64,000 nucleotides of DNA from Eledone cirrhosa (Eukaryota): contig OZ024740.1 in the NCBI GenBank assembly GCA_964016885.1, positions 439,332,001 to 439,396,000 on the forward strand, in the 5' to 3' direction. How positions within the stretch are numbered: position 1 is the stretch's first letter; the number at the start of each line of letters is the position of its first letter. The notes under the pieces were generated by a model. The model was not told the origin of the DNA. It saw only the letters and a program-made list of their open reading frames with translations, and did no database searches. Both the position numbers and the translations under genes were made by a program. Below, one piece after another: positions 53,401 to 64,000 of this stretch.

Positions 53401-56400
53401 AGACAACATAGGATATAGTCAACACATGATATAGACAACAGATGATATAGAAAACAGATGATATAGACAACACATGATATAGATAATAGATGATATAGTC
53501 AACAGATGATATAGACAACATATGATATAGACAACATATTAATAGATAAAAAATGATATAGACAACAGATGATATAGACCACAGATGATAGAGACAACAG
53601 ATGATATAGTCAACATATGATATAGACAACAGATGCTATAGACAACACATGATATAGACAACAGATGATATAGACAATGGTGATAGAGACAACAGATGAT
53701 ATAGGCAACATATGATATAGACAAAAGATGATATAGACAACACATGATATAGACAACAGATGATATAGACAGCAGATGATATAGACAACAGTTGATATAG
53801 AAAACAAATGATATAGACAACAGATGATATAGACAACACATGATATAGACAACAGATGATATAGACAACACATGATATAGACAACACATGATATAGACAA
53901 CAGATGATATAGACAACAGATGATATAGACAACAGATGATATAGACAACACATGATATAGACAACAGATGATATAGACAACAGATGAAATAGACAACAGA
54001 TAATATAGACAAAATTTGATATAGACAACAGATAATATAGACAACAGTTGATATAGACAACAGATAATATAGACAACAGATGATATTGACAACAGATGGT
54101 ATAGGCAACAGATCATATAGACAACAGATGATATAGACAACACATGATATAGACAACACATGATATAGACAACAGCTGATATAGACAACAGAGGATATAG
54201 GAAACAGATGATATAGACAACACATGATATAGACAACACATGATATAGACAACAGATGAATAGACAACAGATGATATAGACAACACATGATATAGACAAC
54301 ACATGATTTAGACAACAGATGATATAGATAGCAGATGATATAGACAACAGATGAATAGACAACAAATGATATAGACAACAGATGATATAGACAACAGATG
54401 ATATAGACAACAGATGATAGAGACAACAGAAGATATAGGCAACATACGAAATAGACAACAGATGATATAGACAACAGATCATATAGACATGACCTGTTAT
54501 AGACAATACCTGATATGGACAACAGACGATATAGACGACACATGAAATAGACAACAGATGATATAGATTACATATGATGTAGACAACAGATGATATAGAC
54601 AACAGATGTTATAGACAATACATGATATAGATAATAGATGATGTAGGCAACAGATGATATAGACAATAGTTGAAATAGACAATAGATGATATAGACAACA
54701 CATGATATAGACAATAGATTATATAGACAACAGATGATATAGACAACAGTTGATATAGACAACAGATGATATAGACAACAGATGATATAGACAAGACATG
54801 TATAGATAATAGATGACACAGGCAACATATGATATAGACAACACATGATATAGACAACAGTTGATATAGACACCAGTGGATATAGACAACACATGATATA
54901 GACAACACATGATATAGATAATGGATGATATAGGCAACAGATGATATAGACAACAGATGACGTAGACAACACATGATATAGACGACACATGATATAGACA
55001 ACAGTTAATATTGACAACAGTTGATATAGACAACAGATAATATAGACAACAGATGATACTGACAACAGATGAAATAGTCAACAGATGATATAGACAACAG
55101 ATGATATAGACAACACATGATATAGACAGCAGATGATATAGACAACAGTTGATATAGACAAAAGAGGATATAGACAACACATGATATAGACAACACATGA
55201 TATAAACAACACATGATATAGATAATAGATGATATAGACAACTGATGATATAGGCAACAGATAATATAGACAACAGATGAAATAGACAACACATGATATA
55301 GACAAAAGTTGATATAGCAAACAGTTAATATAGACAACAGAGGATATAGACAACACATAATATTGACAGCAGATGCTATAGACATCAGATGATATAGACA
55401 ACAGATGAAATAGACAACAGATAATATAGACAACAGTTGATATAGACAACAGATAATATAGACAACAGTTGATATAGACAACAGATAATATAGACAACAG
55501 ATGATATTGACAACATATGATATAGGCAACAGATCATATAGACAACAGATGATATAGACAACACATGATATAGACAAAACATGATATAGACAGCAGATGA
55601 TATAGACAACATTTGATATAGACAACAGAGGATATAGACAACACATGATATAGACAACACATGATATAGATAATAGATGATATAGACAACTGATGATATA
55701 GGCAACAGATCATATAGACAACAGATGAAATAGACAAAACATGATATAGACAAAAGTTAATATAGCAAACAGTTAATATAGACAACAGAGGATATAGACA
55801 ACACATAATATTGACAGCAGATGATATAGACAACAGTTGATATAGACAACAGAGGATATAGACAACACATGATATAGACAACACATGATATAGACAAAAC
55901 ATGATATAGATAATAGATGATATAGACAACAGATGATATAGGCAACAGATCATATAGACAACAGATGAAATAGACAACACATGATATAGACAAAAGTTGA
56001 TATAGCCAACAGTTGATATAGACAACAGAGGATATAGACAACACATAATATTGACAACACATGATATAGACAACAGATGAATAGACAACAGATGATATAG
56101 ACAACAGATGATATAGACAACACATGATATACACAACAGATGAATAGACAACAGTATATAGACAACACATGATATAGACAACACACGATTTAGACAACAG
56201 ATGATATAGACAACAGATGATATAGACAACAGATGAATAGACAACAAATGATATAGGCAACAGATGATATAGACGACATATGATATAGGCAACATACCAT
56301 ATAGACAACAGATGATATAGACAACACATGATATAATCAATAGATGATATAGACAGCAGATGATATAGACAACAGTTGATATAGACAACATATGATATAT

Positions 56401-59400
56401 ATAATAGATCATATAGACAACAGATGATATAGGCAACAGATGATATGACAACAGATGATATAGACAACATATCATATAGACTGCAGATGATATAGACAAC
56501 AGTTGATATAGACAACATAGGATATAGTCAACACATGATATAGACAACAGATGATATAGAAAACAGATGATATAGACAACACATGATATAGATAATAGAT
56601 GATATAGTCAACAGATGATATAGACAACATATGATATAGACAACATATGAATAGATAAAAAATGATATAGACAACAGATGATATAGACCACAGATGATAG
56701 AGACAACAGATGATATAGTCAACATATGATATAGACAACAGATGCTATAGACAACACATGATATAGACAACAGATGATATAGACAATGGTGATAGAGACA
56801 ACAGATGATATAGGCAACATATGATATAGACAAAAGATGATATAGACAACACATGATATAGACAACAGATGATATAGACAGCAGATGATATAGACAACAG
56901 TTGATATAGAAAACAAATGATATAGACAACAGATGATATAGACAACACATGATATAGACAACAGATGATATAGACAACAGATGATATAGACAACACATGA
57001 TATAGACAACAGATGATATAGACAACATATGATATAGACAACAGATGATATAGACAACACATGATATAGACAACAGATGATATAAATAATAGATGATATA
57101 GACAACAGATGATATAGACAACAGATGAAATAGACAACAGATAATATAGACAACATTTGATATAGACAACAGATAATATAGACAACAGTTGATATAGACA
57201 ACAGATAATATAGACAACAGATGATATTGACAACAGATGGTATAGGCAACAGATCATATAGACAACAGATGATATAGACAACACATGATATAGACAACAC
57301 ATGATATAGACAACAGCTGATATAGACAACAGTTGATATAGACAACAGAGGATATAGGAAACAGATGATATAGACAACACATGATATAGACAACACATGA
57401 TATAGACAACAGATGAATAGACAACAGATGATATAGACAACACATGATATAGACAACACATGATTTAGACAACAGATGATATAGACAACAGATGATAGAG
57501 ACAACAGAAGATATAGGCAACATACGATATAGTCAACAGATGATATAGACAACATATCATATAGACATGACCTGATATAGACAATACCTGATATGGACAA
57601 CAGACGATAAAGACGACACATGAAATAGACAACAGATGATATAGATTACATATGATGTAGACAACAGATGATATAGACAACAGGTGTTATAGACAATACA
57701 TGATATAGATAATAGATGATGTAGGCAACAGATGATATCGACAATAGTTGAAATAGACAATAGATGATATAGACAACACATGATATAGACAATAGATTAT
57801 ATAGACAACAGATGATATAGACAACAGTTGATATAGACAACAGATAATATAGACAAGAGATTATATAGACAAGACATGTATAGATAATAGATGACACAGG
57901 CAACATATGATATAGACAACACATGATATAGACAACAGTTGATATAGACACAAGTGGATATAGACAACACATGATATAGACAACACATGATATAGATAAT
58001 AGATGATATAGGCAACAGATGATATAGACAACAGATGACGTAGACAACACATGATATAGACGACACATGATATAGACAACAGTTAATATAGACAACAATT
58101 GATATAGACAACAGATAATATAGACAACAGATGATACTGACAACAGATGAAATAGGCAAAAGATGATATAGACAACAGATGATATAGACAACACATGATA
58201 TAGACAGCAGATGATATAGACAACAGTTGATATAGACAAGAGAGGATATAGACAACACATGATATAGACAACACATGATATAAACAATAGATGATATAGA
58301 TAATAGATGATATAGACAACCGATGATATAGGCAACAGATCATATAGACAACAGATGAAATAGACAACACATGATATAGACAAAAGTTGATATAGCAAAC
58401 AGTTAATATAGACAACAGAGGATATAGACAACACATAATATTGACAGCAGATGATATAGACAACAGTTGATATAGACAAGAGAGGATATAGTCAACACAT
58501 GATATAGACAACACATGATATAGACAACACATGGTATAGATAATAGATGATATAAACAACAGATGATATAGGCCATAGATCATATAGACAACAGATGAAA
58601 TAGACAACACATGATATAGACAGAAGTTGATATAGCCAACAGTTGATATAGACAACAGAGGATATAGACAACAAATAATATTGACAACACATGATATAGA
58701 CAACAGATGAATAGACAACAGATGATATAGACAACAAATGATTTAGACAACACATGATATACACAACAGATGAATAGACAACAGATTATATAGACAACAC
58801 ATGATACAGACAACAAATGATTTAGACAACAGATGATATAGACAACAGATGATATAGACAACAGATGAATAGACAACAGATGATATAGACAACACATGAT
58901 ATAGACAGCAGATTATATAGACAACAGTTGATATAGACAACAGAGGATATAGACAACACATGATATAGACAACACATGATATAGACAACACATGATATAG
59001 ATAATAGATGATATAGACAACAGATGATATGGGCAACAGATCATATAGCAACAGATGAAATAGACAACACATGATATAGACAAAAGTTGATATAGCCAAC
59101 AGTTGATATAGACAACAGAGGATATAGACAACAGATGATATAGACAACAGATGATATAGACAACACATGATATAGACAACAGATGAATAGACAACGGATG
59201 ATATAGACAACACATGATATAGACAACACATGATTTAGACAACAGATGATATAGACAGCAGATGATATAGACAGCAGATGATATAGGCAACATACGATAT
59301 AGACAACAGATGATATAGACAACAGATCATATAGACATGACCTGATATAGACAATACCTGATATGGACAACAGACAATATAGACGACACATGAAATAGAC

Positions 59401-62400
59401 AACATATGATATAGATTACATATGATGTAGACAACAGATGATATAGACAACAGATGTTATAGACAATACAAGATATAGATAATAGATGATGTAGGCAACA
59501 GATGATATAGACAATAGATGAAATAGACAATAGATGATATAGACAACACATGATATAGACAATAGATTATATAGACAACAGATGATATAGACAACAGTTG
59601 ATATAGACAACAGATGATATAGACAACAGGTGTTATAGACAATACATGATATAGATAATAGATGATGTAGGCAACAGATGATATCGACAATAGTTGAAAT
59701 AGACAATAGATGATATAGACAACACATGATATAGACAATAGATTATATAGACAACAGATGATATAGACAACAGTTGATATAGACAACAGATAATATAGAC
59801 AAGAGATTATATAGACAAGACATGTATAGATAATAGATGACACAGGCAACATATGATATAGACAACACATGATATAGACAACAGTTGATATAGACACAAG
59901 TGGATATAGACAACACATGATATAGACAACACATGATATAGATAATAGATGATATAGGCAACAGATGATATAGACAACAGATGACGTAGACAACACATGA
60001 TATAGACGACACATGATATAGACAACAGTTAATATAGACAACAATTGATATAGACAACAGATAATATAGACAACAGATGATACTGACAACAGATGAAATA
60101 GGCAAAAGATGATATAGACAACAGATGATATAGACAACACATGATATAGACAGCAGATGATATAGACAACAGTTGATATAGACAACAGAGGATATAGACA
60201 ACACATGATATAGACAACACATGATATAAACAATAGATGATATAGATAATAGATGATATAGACAACCGATGATATAGGCAACAGATCATATAGACAACAG
60301 ATGAAATAGACAACACATGATATAGACAAAAGTTGATATAGCAAACAGTTAATATAGACAACAGAGGATATAGACAACACATAATATTGACAGCAGATGA
60401 TATAGACAACAGTTGATATAGACAAGAGAGGATATAGTCAACACATGATATAGACAACACATGATATAGACAACACATGGTATAGATAATAGATGATATA
60501 AACAACAGATGATATAGGCCATAGATCATATAGACAACAGATGAAATAGACAACACATGATATAGACAGAAGTTGATATAGCCAACAGTTGATATAGACA
60601 ACAGAGGATATAGACAACACATAATATTGACAACACATGATATAGACAACAGATGAATAGACAACAGATGATATAGACAACAAATGATTTAGACAACACA
60701 TGATATACACAACAGATGAATAGACAACAGATTATATAGACAACACATGATACAGACAACAAATGATTTAGACAACAGATGATATAGACAACAGATGATA
60801 TAGACAACAGATGAATAGACAACAGATGATATAGACAACACATGATATAGACAGCAGATTATATAGACAACAGTTGATATAGACAACAGAGGATATAGAC
60901 AACACATGATATAGACAACACATGATATAGACAACACATGATATAGATAATAGATGATATAGACAACAGATGATATGGGCAACAGATCATATAGCAACAG
61001 ATGAAATAGACAACACATGATATAGACAAAAGTTGATATAGCCAACAGTTGATATAGACAACAGAGGATATAGACAACAGATGATATAGACAACAGATGA
61101 TATAGACAACACATGATATAGACAACAGATGAATAGACAACAGATGATATAGACAACACATGATATAGACAACACATGATTTAGACAACAGATGATATAG
61201 ACAGCAGATGATATAGACAGCAGATGATATAGGCAACATACGATATAGACAACAGATGATATAGACAACAGATGATATAGACAACAGTTGATATAGACAA
61301 CAGATGATATAGACAAGACATGTATAGATAATAGATGATACAGGCAACATATGATATAGACAACACATGATATAGATAATATATGATATAGGCAACAGAT
61401 GATATAGACAACAGATGACGTAGACAACACATGATATAGACGACACATGATATAGACAACAGTTAATATAGACAACAGTTGATATAGACAACAGATGAAA
61501 TAGACAACACATGATATAGACAAAAGTTGATATAGCAAACAGTTAATATAGACAACAGAGGATATAGACAACACGTAATATTGACAGCAGATGATATAGA
61601 CAACAGTTGATATAGACAACAGAGGATATAGTCAACACATGATATAGACAACACATGATATAGACAACACATGATATAGATAATAGATGATATAGACAAC
61701 AGATGATATAGGCAACAGATCATATAGACAACAGATGAAATAGACAACACATAATATAGACAAAATTGATATAGCCAACAGTTGATATAGACAACAGAGG
61801 ATATAGACAACACATAATATTGACAACACATGATATAGACAACAGATGAATAGACAACAGATGATATAGACAACAGATGATATAGACAACACATGATATA
61901 CAAAACAGATGAATAGACAACAGATGATATAGACAACACATGATTTAGACAACAGATGATATAGACAACAGATGTTATAGACAACAGATGAATAGACAAC
62001 AAATCATATAGGCAACAGATGATATAGACAACAGATGATATAGACAACAGATGATAGAGACAACAGATGATATAGGCAACATACGATATAGACAACAGAT
62101 GATATAGACAACACATAATATAATCAATAGATGATATAGACAGCAGATGATATAGACAAGAGTTGATATAGACAACATATGATATAGACAACAGATGATA
62201 TAGACATCACCTGATATAGACAATACCTGATATAGACAACACATGATATAGACAACACATGATATAGATAATAGATGATATAGACAACAGATGATATAGG
62301 CAACAGATCATATAGACAACAGATCATATAGACAACACATGATATAGACAACACATGATATAGACAACAGTTGATATAGACAACAGTTGATATAGACAAC

Positions 62401-64000
62401 AGATGAATAGACAACACATGAATACACAACAGATGATATAGACAACACATGATATAGACAACACATGATTTAGACAACAGATGATATAGACAGCAGATGA
62501 TATAGAGAACAGATGAATAGACAACAAATGATATAGACAACAGATGATATAGACAACAGTTGATATAGACAACAGATGATAGAGACAACAGATGATATAG
62601 GCAACATACGATATAGACAACAGATGATATTGACAACAGATCATATAGTCATGACCTACTATAGACAATACCTGATATGGACAACAGACGATATAGACGA
62701 CACATGAAATAGACAACAGATGATATAGATTACATATGATGTAGACAACAGATGATATAGACAACAGATGTTATAGACAACACATGATATAGATAATAGA
62801 TGATGTAGGCAACAGATGTTAAAGACAATAGATGAAATAGACAATAGATGATATAGACAACACATGATATAGGCAATAGATTATATAGACAACAGATGAT
62901 ATAGACAACAGTTGATATAGACAACAGATGATATAGACAACAGATGATATAGACAAGACATGTATAGATAATAGATGATACAGGCAACATATGATATAGA
63001 CAACACATGATATAGACAACAGTTGATATAGACAACAGCGGATATAGACAACACATGATATAGACAACACATGATATAGATAATAGATGATATAGGCAAC
63101 AGATGATATAGACAACAGATGACGTAGACAACATATGATATAGACGACACATGATATAGACAACAGTTAATATAGACAACAGTTGATATAGACAACAGAT
63201 AATATAGACAACAAATGATGCTGACAACAGATGATATAGGCAACAGATGATATAGACAACAGATGATATAGACAACACATGATATAGACAGCAGATGATA
63301 TAGACAACAATTGATATAGACAACAGAGGATATAGACAACACATGATATAGACAACACATGATATAGATAATAGATGATATAGACAACTGATGATATAGG
63401 CAACAGATCATATAGACAACTGATGAAATAGACAACACATGATATAGACAAAAGTTGATATAGCAAACAGTTAATATAGACAACAGAGGATATAGACAAA
63501 ACATAATATTGACAGCAGATGATATAGACAACAGTTGATATAGACAACAGAGGATATAGTCAACACATGATATAGACAACACATGATATAGATAACACAT
63601 GATATAGATAATAGATGATATAGACAACAGATGATATAGGCAACAGATCATATAGACAACAGATGAAATAGACAACACATGATATAGACAAAAGTTGATA
63701 TAGCCAACAGTTGATATAGACAACAGAGGATATAGACAACACATAATATTGATAACACATGATATAGACAATAGATGAATAGACAACAGATGATATAGAC
63801 AACAGATGATATAGACAACACATGATATACACAACAGATGAATAGACAACAGATGATATAGCCAACACATGATATAGACAACAAATTATTTGGACAACAG
63901 ATGATATAGACAACAGATGATATAGACAACAGTTGAATAGACAACAGATGATATAGACAACAGATGATATAGACAACAGATGATATAGACAACATACCAT
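41455..64000. repeat. 16-bp satellite array (~1400 units), running off the right edge of the window
   Basis: Tandem GATGATATAGACAACA with recurrent substitution variants and 14-15-bp deletion variants (e.g. GATGAATAGACAACA, CATGATTTAGACAAC). Confidence 0.99.

Noticed and set aside
41431-64000. Dozens of overlapping minus-strand ORFs (CCLYHLLSISSVVYII-like, Cys/His-rich)
   Set aside because: The 16-bp unit has no stop in any minus frame, so all three frames are open by construction. Frequent 14-15-bp units shift the frame. These are not zinc-finger or membrane proteins.
1-64000. CRISPR array interpretation of either tandem array
   Set aside because: There are no unique spacers between repeats and no cas genes, and the context is eukaryotic.

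Overview
Repeat-dominated eukaryotic DNA; the SINE family and TE mix resemble octopus/cephalopod genomes (inference, from recall of those families). No intact protein-coding gene is supported. The window has three parts. (1) 1-26210 is a 48-bp satellite (CTAGCCATCTTAGACACACTCACCCCAGCCACGGCTAAGAAACCACAT) with nested higher-order repeats (HORs) of 480 bp, 2259 bp and ~6.4 kb. (2) 26211-41454 is a ~15-kb island of decayed mobile elements. It holds two tail-to-tail pairs of an RLE-type (Dong/R4-like) LINE 3' end and a short RTE-derived element sharing a (TACA)n tract, a 5'-truncated L1/Tx1 LINE, an RTE-type LINE 3' end, a mariner transposase fragment, tRNA-type SINEs (two with TSDs), micro/minisatellites, palindromes and a CTCF-like motif. 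(3) ~41455-64000 is a 16-bp satellite (GATGATATAGACAACA) with 240-bp, 1946-bp and ~3-kb HORs. Almost all long ORFs in the track arise from stop-free repeat units. The most interesting signal is the twice-repeated RLE-LINE/(TACA)n/RTE-derived module, whose RTE partner has a C2H2 finger at its 3' end and a twister-ribozyme-like 5' end.
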